Assembly (NCBI GenBank): GCA_050486505.1
Contig: JBJHDK010000049.1
Location: 1-17,841, forward strand
Source of the DNA: Fibrobacteria bacterium
Lineage (GTDB): Bacteria > Fibrobacterota > Fibrobacteria > UBA11236
Length of the DNA: 17,841 nt
Direction: 5' to 3'
Part shown: positions 9,539 through 17,171 of the stretch, piece after piece
Numbering within the stretch: the first letter of the stretch is position 1
Layout: each line of letters begins with the position of its first letter
Translations under genes and position numbers: made by a program
The notes under the pieces: generated by a model
Told to the model about the DNA's origin: nothing
Database searches by the model: none
What the model saw: the letters and a program-made list of their open reading frames with translations, nothing else

Positions 9539-9673
9539 GAATTGTGAGTTAAGAATTAAGAATTGAACGCAGAGGCGTGTTTGTGTGGAGCACCTCTGCG
9601 CATTATCGGTGCCATTCGCAGAGCTTCGCCTTCACATCCTTCCCCATCATTCTTGATTCTTGATTCACGAGTC
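9532..9673. repeat. Inverted heptamer tandem-array element (GAATTAA-type)
   Basis: Left arm GAATTAA GAATTGT GAGTTAA GAATTAA GAATTGA (9532-9566). Right arm TCATTCTTGATTCTTGATTCACGAGTC (9647-9673) is an imperfect reverse complement. Internal hairpin CGCAGAGG/CCTCTGCG (9568-9600). Confidence 0.8.
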
Positions 9674-9675
9674 GC

Positions 9676-9711
9676 AGCCTTAAACGGGAAGCGCGCTTCC
9701 CGTTTAAGGCT
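9676..9711. terminator. Perfect 36-bp palindrome, probable bidirectional terminator between convergent genes
   Basis: AGCCTTAAACGGGAAGCGCGCTTCCCGTTTAAGGCT equals its own reverse complement. It lies between the otsAB stop and the stop of the minus-strand gene at 9718. Confidence 0.7.
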
Positions 9712-9717
9712 CAATCA

Positions 9718-10227
9718 TTACTTCCCGATCGTCTCCATGCTGCCGTCGGCATGGAAGAGCGTCAGGGCTTCGTGATCCATTTTGGCGATGAGGCGCGAGC
9801 CCTCTTCGTTCCTCGCGAACCATTCTCCCGTGGCGGGTTCGAAGACAAGATCGAGCGCCGTGCCTTCGGAGTCCGCTGGTGCGATTTCCATGCGGTTGTG
9901 CGAGGCCGTCATCTTCCACTCCTTGCCGTCGATCGTGACGACCCGGGTTTCGCTTTCGCCGGGCTTCATGGCCATGGGATTCGAGCCCGTCCAGAACTCG
10001 ATCAGGTTCAGCACCAGCGCGTCTGCGGTCATTGCAACGGGGTAAACCGGGATGACGACCGAAAGGCCCACCATGACGATGGAATTCACCCATTTGTCGC
10101 CCAGGGAGCCGTTCCAGGAATACAGCTTCTGGGTGAGATTGAAACTGCCATAGCAGCCCTGAAGGGCCATGGGCGAAAATACCAGGGCGGTTCCGAGAAC
10201 GGCGGAGGTCACGATCGACTTTTTCAT
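9718..10227 (-). CDS. DUF3332-like putative lipoprotein
   Basis: N-terminal MKK plus hydrophobic stretch ending in lipobox-like LQG-C. The pattern GCYGSFNLTQKLYSWN...KWVN...DALVLNLIEFWTGSNPM matches my recollection of DUF3332. RBS GAAAGGA upstream on the minus strand. Confidence 0.75.
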   Translation of the reverse strand: MKKSIVTSAVLGTALVFSPMALQGCYGSFNLTQKLYSWNGSLGDKWVNSIVMVGLSVVIPVYPVAMTADALVLNLIEFWTGSNPMAMKPGESETRVVTIDGKEWKMTASHNRMEIAPADSEGTALDLVFEPATGEWFARNEEGSRLIAKMDHEALTLFHADGSMETIGK

Positions 10228-10438
10228 GGATTTCCTTTCGGTGGTGGGACATTCCCTCGGGAGATGCGGAATGCTTGCATGAACTTATCACATTCCTTGA
10301 CATTCGTGGGGTGAAGGTTGCCCGTTCACGGGGGCACGTTGCGTATTCCCTCCGCCTGGGCCAATTGTCCGGGTTTCGCGATACCTTCCGGCACGCGTGG
10401 ACCGCCCGAACCGAATCGATGGAGTGTCTGCCGGATCC

Positions 10439-12121
10439 CTAATAACGCAGGTAAAGTTCCCCGAACGCCGTGAGCGATGCCAGCGACTCACCGGGGTGCC
10501 CGCGCCAGTTTTCGACCCACAGTCCCCCCGCGCCTGCGCGCAGCCGCACATGGCGCCGCCAGTTCCATTCCGCGGAAGCGGAGACCTCGTGGCGCGTCTC
10601 CACATCGCGGTCGAGGAAGAATTTCACGTCGGGGTCATCGGGCGCGCGCACCTCGAAGATCGAGCCGCCGGGCGATTTGAGGTCGCGCTGGCGCAGAAAC
10701 CATTCAACCGATGCGTCCACTCCGCGCGGCAGCGGAAAGTGGGCCGCGAGCAGAACCGAGCGCGAGTTGGGCGGCAGCCCGCTGCCCAGCAAGGCACCGT
10801 AGCTTTGCAGCTGCGTGTTGCGCAGGTGGTGGCCGTACACCCAGGGGTCCACGTGCGCGTACTCGGCGTGCAGTTCGGCGGGAAAGCCGAAGGGATCTTG
10901 CCACGACCCGCCGAGCACCCAAGCGAACTTGTTTCCCCAGAAATCGAGCGGCGGCCCGCTGTAGTCGTCGACGAAGAACTCGCCGTAGAGGCGTCCATGG
11001 CCGCGCAGGATCCATTCGGCATCGACGGACAGGGCGACATTGTCGCGATCTCCGGTCGAATGTTCCGCGAGCACGAGCGGCACCGCCGGGAAGAACAGCA
11101 GCCACTCCGGGGAACGGATCCCCACCGCCAGCATTTCGGTGGCTCCGAAGCGCCAATCGCCCAGTCGCACCTGCAGCCGGTGCGCGACCAGGGGCGCCGC
11201 CGAATCGGACCACAATCCCGTGCGTTGGGCCACGATCTTCACGTACTCCCAGCGGTCGGTGCCCACGCGCAGTCGCATCTGGGGGAGCGGGGGGGCTTCT
11301 CCGGGGTAGCGATAACCGCTTCGGGTTCCGGAGTAGACTCCGCCCGAGCCGAGGCACTCGTTGAAAAGATTGTCCCAGTCGGGGCAGTATGCGCTGCCTT
11401 CGGGGTCGGTGGGCGGCAGGGAGTCCCCCGCCCAGAAATGCGGGCGCGGGCCAAGGGTGGAGTGCTGCCGGCGCCCGGGCCCCCATTGGTTCCAATCTTG
11501 CCCGAACTCGAGGCGGATGTTGCCATCACCGACTCCGGTGACCATTCGGAAGCCGTCGAAGGTGCTCACCGGTTGGGGGATGCCGTCCTGCCCCGCGCGG
11601 TTGGTGTTGTAGGGCAGCCCGCGCACGGGCTCGTAGTGGGGGCGGAAGCGGTCGCTCACGCCGCGTTCCATGCCCACGGTGGCGGATGCGGTGAGGTCGA
11701 TGTATCGGCCGTAGGTCGCCTGCACCGCGGGAGTGAAGCTGCCGAAGGCGAAGTGCCGCGCTTCGGGAATCGAGTCGCGTGCGAAGATTCCGGTATAGTA
11801 CTCCACGTTTCCGTGCACGGTGATCAGCGAGTCCTCGTGCCGGAGCCGCGTTCCGCGGCGCTTGCGCTCCGGGTCGAACTCGTCCAGAAAACGTTCCAGG
11901 CGCCTGCGGTCCCATGCGCCGAGCTCGCCATGTTCCGCCGCATGGCCGAGCGCGGCGGCAATCTCGGCTTCGGGGCGGGGAAGGGTGCTCCACAGGCCGA
12001 TGGGGATGGCCCCCTTTTCCTCGAGCCGCCTCAGGAAGTCGGCGACGGGGTGGGTGACTTCGACGGGCGTGGCAAGGGAAGACGCACAGAGGGACAGGAC
12101 GAGGAGAGGGAGGAGGCGCAT
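10439..12121 (-). CDS. Secreted outer-membrane beta-barrel protein, capsule assembly Wzi-like family
   Basis: Signal peptide MRLLPLLVLSLCASSLA; alternating aromatic/hydrophobic strands; motifs QWGPG, HRLQ, DRDN, LYGEFFVDD, EYA...PWVYGH, LGSGLPPNS recalled from Wzi-like proteins; C-terminal aromatic beta-signal LYLRY. Confidence 0.65.
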   Translation of the reverse strand: MRLLPLLVLSLCASSLATPVEVTHPVADFLRRLEEKGAIPIGLWSTLPRPEAEIAAALGHAAEHGELGAWDRRRLERFLDEFDPERKRRGTRLRHEDSLITVHGNVEYYTGIFARDSIPEARHFAFGSFTPAVQATYGRYIDLTASATVGMERGVSDRFRPHYEPVRGLPYNTNRAGQDGIPQPVSTFDGFRMVTGVGDGNIRLEFGQDWNQWGPGRRQHSTLGPRPHFWAGDSLPPTDPEGSAYCPDWDNLFNECLGSGGVYSGTRSGYRYPGEAPPLPQMRLRVGTDRWEYVKIVAQRTGLWSDSAAPLVAHRLQVRLGDWRFGATEMLAVGIRSPEWLLFFPAVPLVLAEHSTGDRDNVALSVDAEWILRGHGRLYGEFFVDDYSGPPLDFWGNKFAWVLGGSWQDPFGFPAELHAEYAHVDPWVYGHHLRNTQLQSYGALLGSGLPPNSRSVLLAAHFPLPRGVDASVEWFLRQRDLKSPGGSIFEVRAPDDPDVKFFLDRDVETRHEVSASAEWNWRRHVRLRAGAGGLWVENWRGHPGESLASLTAFGELYLRY

Positions 12122-12132
12122 GGGGGAATATT

Positions 12133-12252
12133 AGGTAGGGGGCAGGAGGTAGGAGGTAGGAGGTAGGGGGCGAAGAAGAAAAGTGTCGAAAATAAAAGCG
12201 CAGAGAAGCCCCAAAGTTTCACCTCCTACCTATTACCTCCTACCTACTACCT
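12133..12252. repeat. Inverted heptamer tandem-array element (AGGTAGG/CCTACCT-type)
   Basis: Left AGGTAGG GGGCAGG AGGTAGG AGGTAGG AGGTAGG (12133-12167). Right TTCACCT CCTACCT ATTACCT CCTACCT ACTACCT (12218-12252). A-rich spacer of about 50 nt. Confidence 0.8.
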
Positions 12253-12260
12253 TTCATCCC

Positions 12261-12818
12261 ATGATCCTTCCCCTGCATACACTCGGTAAAGAGCCTCAAA
12301 CCATTGAACTGGAGGCGGACAGCGCTGATTTTGAGGAGTTCTCGGATTCCGGCATGAAAGGCAAGGTGGGGGTGCGCCTTGAGGTCACCCCGATGGCGGG
12401 GGACTCGTATCTGGTGCAGGGGCGGGCCACGGGAAGCATGGACGCCGAATGTGCCCGTTGCGTGGAGCCCTTCACGCAGCCGTTTTCGGTTGATTTCAAC
12501 CTGCTCATGGACCGCAAGGACTCCGTCGGCACCGAATGGGTGGAAGACGAGGACCAGGGCGTGGAGGATTACCAGGTGCGCCTGGGGCCCGATGTGACCG
12601 AAGTTTCCCTGCACTCCATGATTGCTGAACAGGTGATTTTGAACTATAATTCCCAGCCACTTCCGGAGCTGGATGCGGCGGGTCGCTGCGTCCAGTGCGG
12701 CCGGCCGGCCCCCGTGGCGCCGGAACCGAAGCAGGACAAGGCGCCCGATCCCCGCTGGGAAAAGCTCGCCGGTCTCAAAAACGGTTCGGTTCCCCGCGAT
12801 GGCGACAAGGCGCGGTGA
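12261..12818 (+). CDS. yceD: DUF177/YceD family protein (large ribosomal subunit accumulation protein)
   Basis: CARC motif, GRCVQCG and the DPRWEKL tail; canonical position upstream of rpmF. Start set at ATG 12261 because the longer ORF from 12183 only reads through the heptamer repeat. Confidence 0.85.
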   Translation: MILPLHTLGKEPQTIELEADSADFEEFSDSGMKGKVGVRLEVTPMAGDSYLVQGRATGSMDAECARCVEPFTQPFSVDFNLLMDRKDSVGTEWVEDEDQGVEDYQVRLGPDVTEVSLHSMIAEQVILNYNSQPLPELDAAGRCVQCGRPAPVAPEPKQDKAPDPRWEKLAGLKNGSVPRDGDKAR

Positions 12819-12904
12819 AGCACGCGGCGCGGAGATTGTATAACTCGCGATAATACCATAACTTGGATAAAACGCGAAACGAAGGATAACAAGGGAGTTC
12901 CCCC

Positions 12905-13084
12905 ATGGCAGTACCCAAACGCAAAACCTCCACGGCCCGTCGCGACAAGCGCCGCACCCACTGGAAGCTGGAGGCCTCCGCGGTCACCAAGTGCTCCCAC
13001 TGCGGCCAGAACAAGATTGCCCACCGCGTGTGCGGCAACTGCGGCTTCTACGGTAACGTCGAAATCCGCCAGCCGGCGGAATAA
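12905..13084 (+). CDS. rpmF: 50S ribosomal protein L32 (zinc-ribbon form)
   Basis: Hand translation MAVPKRKTSTARRDKRRTHWKLEASAVTKCSHCGQNKIAHRVCGNCGFYGNVEIRQPAE (59 aa, below the ORF-track cutoff). MAVPKRK start, two CxxC motifs, RBS AGGGAG at 12892-12897. Confidence 0.97.
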   Translation: MAVPKRKTSTARRDKRRTHWKLEASAVTKCSHCGQNKIAHRVCGNCGFYGNVEIRQPAE

Positions 13085-13102
13085 TTTCCGGCGGTTCGCT
13101 CG

Positions 13103-14065
13103 ATGATCAAGATCGCATTGGACGCCATGGGCGGGGACAATGCCCCCGAAGCCGTGGTGGAGGGTGCCGTTCTCGCCGCCCGGGAGGCCGCGGGTCGTTA
13201 CGGAATCGTGCTCACCGGCCCCGAGGAAGTCGTCAACCCCCTGCTTGAAAAGCTCGGCTGGGCAGGTGACGGCATCGAAGTGTTTCATGCCCCCGACCTT
13301 GTCGGCATGGCTGACTCCCCGGCCGCCGTCCTCAAGACCAAGCCCAACTCCGGCCTCGTGGCCTGTGTTTCGCTGCAGAAGGCGGGCAAGGTTCAGGCCA
13401 GTATTTCGGCCGGCAACTCGGGCGCCATGATGGCGGCCTGCCTCATGATCCTCGGCCGCGTCGGCCAGATTTCCCGCCCCGCCATCGCCTGCGTGATGCC
13501 CTCGCTGGGCAAAAAGACCGTGGTGCTCGACTGCGGCGCCAATGTGGACGAGAAGGCTCCCACGCTGGTTCACTTCGGCATTTGCGGTTCCGTGTATGCC
13601 GAGGCCGTGCTGGGGCGCGCGAATCCCAAGGTCGCGTTGCTCAACATGGGAGAAGAAGAGAAAAAAGGAACCGAGGTCCTGCAGGAGGCCCACCAGCTGC
13701 TCAAGGCCGCGCCCCTGAACTTCGTCGGGAATGTGGAAGGCCGTGACCTGCTCAAGGGCGAGGTCGACGTCGTCGTCACCCCCGGTTACACGGGCAACGT
13801 CGTGCTCAAGCTCATGGAAGGCTTCCACGAATACCATCTCAAACTCTTCGGCGACATCGACTCCGAAGCCGGTCGTCAGTTCGGGCATGACTGGGATTAC
13901 TCCAACTTCGGGGCGGCGCTCCTGCTCGGCCTCAACGGCACGGGCCTCATCACCCATGGACGCGCCGACGCAAAAGCCATCAAGAACGGCCTGGAGGCGG
14001 CCTGGCAGCAGGCTTCCGCGGGTGTGACCGAAAAGATCGCGGCGAAGCTGGCCCAGGTCGGCTGA
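13103..14065 (+). CDS. plsX: Phosphate acyltransferase PlsX
   Basis: IALDAMGGDNAP, SAGNSGA, RPAIA, LDCGANVD, LLNMGEEEKKG, FVGNVEGRD, ITHG; rpmF-plsX-fabH synteny. Confidence 0.95.
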   Translation: MIKIALDAMGGDNAPEAVVEGAVLAAREAAGRYGIVLTGPEEVVNPLLEKLGWAGDGIEVFHAPDLVGMADSPAAVLKTKPNSGLVACVSLQKAGKVQASISAGNSGAMMAACLMILGRVGQISRPAIACVMPSLGKKTVVLDCGANVDEKAPTLVHFGICGSVYAEAVLGRANPKVALLNMGEEEKKGTEVLQEAHQLLKAAPLNFVGNVEGRDLLKGEVDVVVTPGYTGNVVLKLMEGFHEYHLKLFGDIDSEAGRQFGHDWDYSNFGAALLLGLNGTGLITHGRADAKAIKNGLEAAWQQASAGVTEKIAAKLAQVG

Positions 14066-14125
14066 CGCTCCCCGTCCTCCCGCGCGGTGCGCGGAACCGG
14101 CGGTGAAGAACAGGCAAGGAACTTT

Positions 14126-15076
14126 ATGGGCGCCATCATCCGCGGGCTCGGGATCAGCATCCCCGATGACATTCTCACCAACGCCGACCTTGAGCGCATG
14201 GTGGACACCTCCGACGAGTGGATCGTGACCCGTACAGGTATCCGCGAGCGTCGCATTCTCCCCAAGGAAAGCCCCCTGAAGTCCTCCGATCTCGGAGCCG
14301 CTGCGGCATTGCAAGCGCTGGAACGTGCCGGGGTGGACCCGGCCGACGTGGGGGGGATCCTGTGCGGATCCATCGTCCCCGACAAGCAATTCCCCGCCAC
14401 GGCATGCTTCATCCAGGAAAAAATCGGTGCGAAGAACGCCTTCGGTTTCGACATCACCGCCGCTTGCTCGGGCTTCGTGTACGGCGTGAACATGGCCTCG
14501 CTGCTCATCGACAAGGGACAGTGCGAGCACGTTCTCGTCGTCGGTGCCGAGACCCTTTCACGGGTCACCGACTGGACCGACCGCAACACCTGCATCCTGT
14601 TCGGGGACGGGGCGGGGGCCGCCCTGCTGAGCCGCGGTCCCGAGGGTCGCGGCGTCATCCGCTCGGTGCTGCGCAGCAATGGCGGCGAAGCCGACATCCT
14701 CTACCTCGACCCGTTGGTCGACGGTCCCTCCTGCATGCGCATGGACGGCAGGCAGGTCTTCAAGCTCGCGGTCAACGAAGTCTCCCGCGTCGTGGCCGAC
14801 ACACTGGCGCTCGAAGGACTCAAGCCCGCGGATCTCGACCTCTTCGTGGCCCACCAGGCCAACGTGCGCATCCTCTCCGCCATCGGCGAAAAGCTCGGCC
14901 TCCCCGAGGAGAAGGTTTTCGTCAACGTCGACCGTTACGGCAACACGTCCGCGGCGTCGGTTCCGCTCGCCCTCTACGAGGCCGAGCAAGAAGGCCGCCT
15001 CAAGCCCGGCATGCTCGTGGCCCTGGCGGCCGTGGGCGGCGGCATGGCGTGGGGCTGCAACCTGATGCGGTGGTAA
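14126..15076 (+). CDS. fabH: 3-oxoacyl-ACP synthase III
   Basis: DTSDEWIVTRTGIRERR; catalytic triad in AACSGF, HQAN and GNTSAAS; ILFGDGAGA. Start set at ATG 14126 after RBS AAGGA. Confidence 0.96.
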   Translation: MGAIIRGLGISIPDDILTNADLERMVDTSDEWIVTRTGIRERRILPKESPLKSSDLGAAAALQALERAGVDPADVGGILCGSIVPDKQFPATACFIQEKIGAKNAFGFDITAACSGFVYGVNMASLLIDKGQCEHVLVVGAETLSRVTDWTDRNTCILFGDGAGAALLSRGPEGRGVIRSVLRSNGGEADILYLDPLVDGPSCMRMDGRQVFKLAVNEVSRVVADTLALEGLKPADLDLFVAHQANVRILSAIGEKLGLPEEKVFVNVDRYGNTSAASVPLALYEAEQEGRLKPGMLVALAAVGGGMAWGCNLMRW

Positions 15077-15191
15077 GGGCGACCTGCGGGTCGCCCATAC
15101 AGGGACACGCCCCGCCGCCGCCCGGGCCCTGACGCAGGGACGACCCAGCGGGTCGCTTGAACGACGGGACGACCCAGCGGGTCGCCCATAC
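15073..15191. repeat. Cluster of three REP-like palindromes
   Basis: GTAAGGGCGACCTGCGGGTCGCCCATAC (15073-15100), GCAGGGACGACCCAGCGGGTCGCTTGAAC (15134-15162), GACGGGACGACCCAGCGGGTCGCCCATAC (15163-15191). Confidence 0.8.
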
Positions 15192-15223
15192 ATTTCTTTG
15201 GTATCGAAAGGCTATTTCCAACC

Positions 15224-16135
15224 ATGTCCAAACGCATCCTCCTGTTCCCCGGTCAAGGCTCGCAATACCTCGGCATGGGCAAGGCGCTCTCCGAGACGCA
15301 TCCCGGCGCGAAGCGTCTGCTCGACGAGGCGAACGACGTCCTCGGATTCGACCTGTCCGACATCATGTGGAACGGGCCCGAAGAACGCCTGACCTCCACC
15401 GACAACACCCAGCCGGCCCTGTTCACGGTTTCGATGATGGCGATGGAATGGCTGCGCGAGCGCGGCGTCGCGCATGATTATGCGGCCGGCCACTCCCTTG
15501 GAGAATACTCGGCACTGTGCGCGGCGGGCGTGTTCTCCTTCGCCGACGGCCTGCGTCTGGTGCGTCACCGCGGTGAATTGATGGCCAAGGCGGGCACGGC
15601 GCGTCCGGGCGCGATGTCGGCCATCCTGGGGCTCGAACGCGACAAGCTCGAGGAGGCATTGGCCTCCGCGTCGGCCTCCGGGATCGCCGTCGCGGCCAAC
15701 TTCAACAGCCTGACCCAGATCGTGATCTCGGGCGAGGCCGCCGCGGTGGAAGCCGCCGAAACGCTGTGCGTCGATGCGGGCGCCAAGAAGGTGGTGCGCC
15801 TGCCGGTAAGCGGCGCGTTCCATTCACCGCTGATGGATTTCGCCGTGGAAGGCTTCGGGCCCGCGCTCGATGCCGTGGAATTCAAGGCACCCGCCGTTCC
15901 CGTGATCCAGAACGTGACCGCGCGCGAGGAAAGCGATCCCGCGGCCCTTAAGGCCGGTTTGCTGAAGCAGCTGACGGCCTCGGTGCGCTGGGTCGAGTCG
16001 ATGCAGCGCGCACAGGAACTCGGTGTCGGAGAAGCGCTCGAAGTGGGCGCGGGCAAGGTGTTGATGGGCCTGCTGCGCGGCATCTCGCGCGACATCAAGG
16101 TGACGCCGGTGGAGAAACCGGAGGATCTCGCCTGA
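15224..16135 (+). CDS. fabD: Malonyl-CoA:ACP transacylase
   Basis: FPGQGSQ, TQPAL, catalytic GHSLGEY, VSGAFHS, VRWVES. Confidence 0.97.
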   Translation: MSKRILLFPGQGSQYLGMGKALSETHPGAKRLLDEANDVLGFDLSDIMWNGPEERLTSTDNTQPALFTVSMMAMEWLRERGVAHDYAAGHSLGEYSALCAAGVFSFADGLRLVRHRGELMAKAGTARPGAMSAILGLERDKLEEALASASASGIAVAANFNSLTQIVISGEAAAVEAAETLCVDAGAKKVVRLPVSGAFHSPLMDFAVEGFGPALDAVEFKAPAVPVIQNVTAREESDPAALKAGLLKQLTASVRWVESMQRAQELGVGEALEVGAGKVLMGLLRGISRDIKVTPVEKPEDLA

Positions 16136-16324
16136 GAATTAAGAATTACGAATTACGAATTACGAACGAGTGGGGTGTGCTGAAAGCGAGTTTGGCGATT
16201 CCGGATCCTGCTCCGGAAAACGCTTCACACAAGCATCATCCCGTGTTCACTCGTAATTCGTAATTCATAACTCGCCTTTCCCGCCCCCCAATTCCTAATT
16301 CTTAATTCCTAATTCTTAATTCTT
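16136..16324. repeat. Inverted heptamer tandem-array element (GAATTAC/GAATTAA-type) with two right-hand arrays
   Basis: Left GAATTAA (GAATTAC)x3 GA (16136-16165). Right-1 TCGTAATTCGTAATTCATAACTC (16251-16273). Right-2 CAATTCCTAATTCTTAATTCCTAATTCTTAATTCTT (16289-16324). Self-complementary spacer. Confidence 0.85.
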
Positions 16325-16342
16325 CGCTCCCCGGAGGCCCTT

Positions 16343-17077
16343 ATGCTCGACCTGAAAGATCAAACCGCCATCGTCACCGGTGCCAGCCGCGGGCTCGGAT
16401 TCGCAATCGCCCGTCGCCTCGCCGCGCAGGGTGCGACCGTGCACCTCGTCGCCCGCAACGCCGCCGGCGTGCAGGAAGCCGCGAACACGATCGCCGCGGA
16501 AACCGGCGCGACCACCGTCGCGCACGCCGTCGACATCGCCGATGCGACCGCGGTGCAGGAGCTGTTCGCGAAAGTCGGTGATCCCGAAATCCTCGTGAAC
16601 AACGCGGGCATCACCCGCGACGGCCTGCTCATGCGCATGAAGGACGAGGATTTCGACGAGGTCATCCGCGTCAACCTGCGCTCGGTGTTCCTGTGCAGTC
16701 GCGCCGCGATCAAGGGCATGATGAAGAAGCGTTACGGCCGCATCGTGAACCTGACCTCGATCGTGGGCGTGCACGGGCAGGCCGGGCAATCGAATTATGC
16801 CGCATCCAAGGCGGGCATCATCGGCTTCACCAAGGCCACGGCCAAGGAAGTCGCCACGCGCGGCATCACCTGCAATGCCATCGCCCCGGGCTTCATCGAG
16901 TCGGACATGACCTCGGTGCTCAGCGACGCGCAGAAGGAAGGGATCCTTGCGTCGATTCCGCAGGGGCGCATGGGCAAGCCCGAGGAAATCGCCGATTTGG
17001 CGGCCTACCTGTGTTCCCGGGAATCGGCGTACCTGACCGGTCAGGTGTTGTCGATCGACGGGGGCATGGGGATTTAG
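16343..17077 (+). CDS. fabG: 3-oxoacyl-ACP reductase
   Basis: SDR motifs [35 protein letters not shown] at 16333-16337; fab cluster context. Confidence 0.96.
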   Translation: MLDLKDQTAIVTGASRGLGFAIARRLAAQGATVHLVARNAAGVQEAANTIAAETGATTVAHAVDIADATAVQELFAKVGDPEILVNNAGITRDGLLMRMKDEDFDEVIRVNLRSVFLCSRAAIKGMMKKRYGRIVNLTSIVGVHGQAGQSNYAASKAGIIGFTKATAKEVATRGITCNAIAPGFIESDMTSVLSDAQKEGILASIPQGRMGKPEEIADLAAYLCSRESAYLTGQVLSIDGGMGI

Positions 17078-17140
17078 GGGGGGATGCTCCGAAATCCCCT
17101 CCCTGGTCGGGGGCGCACCGAAAACCCCCAACCTGTTTTC

Positions 17141-17146
17141 TATACT
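17141..17146 (+). promoter_or_regulatory. Candidate -10 element of an internal acpP promoter
   Basis: TATACT in an AT-rich patch 25 nt upstream of the acpP ATG. No convincing -35 element seen. Confidence 0.3.
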
Positions 17147-17171
17147 TTGCAGAACTTTCAAGGAGACCACA

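Noticed and set aside
12183..12260. N-terminal extension of yceD in the ORF track, and the 63-aa minus ORF at 12031-12222
   Set aside because: The translations (PPTYYLLPTT, YLLPPTS) simply read through the heptamer arrays.
14087..14125. Upstream GTG start for fabH
   Set aside because: ATG 14126 has an RBS and gives the typical FabH N-terminus.
15073..15191. Possible mini CRISPR array
   Set aside because: Repeats are degenerate, units 2 and 3 are directly adjacent with no spacer, and no cas genes are present; REP-like instead.
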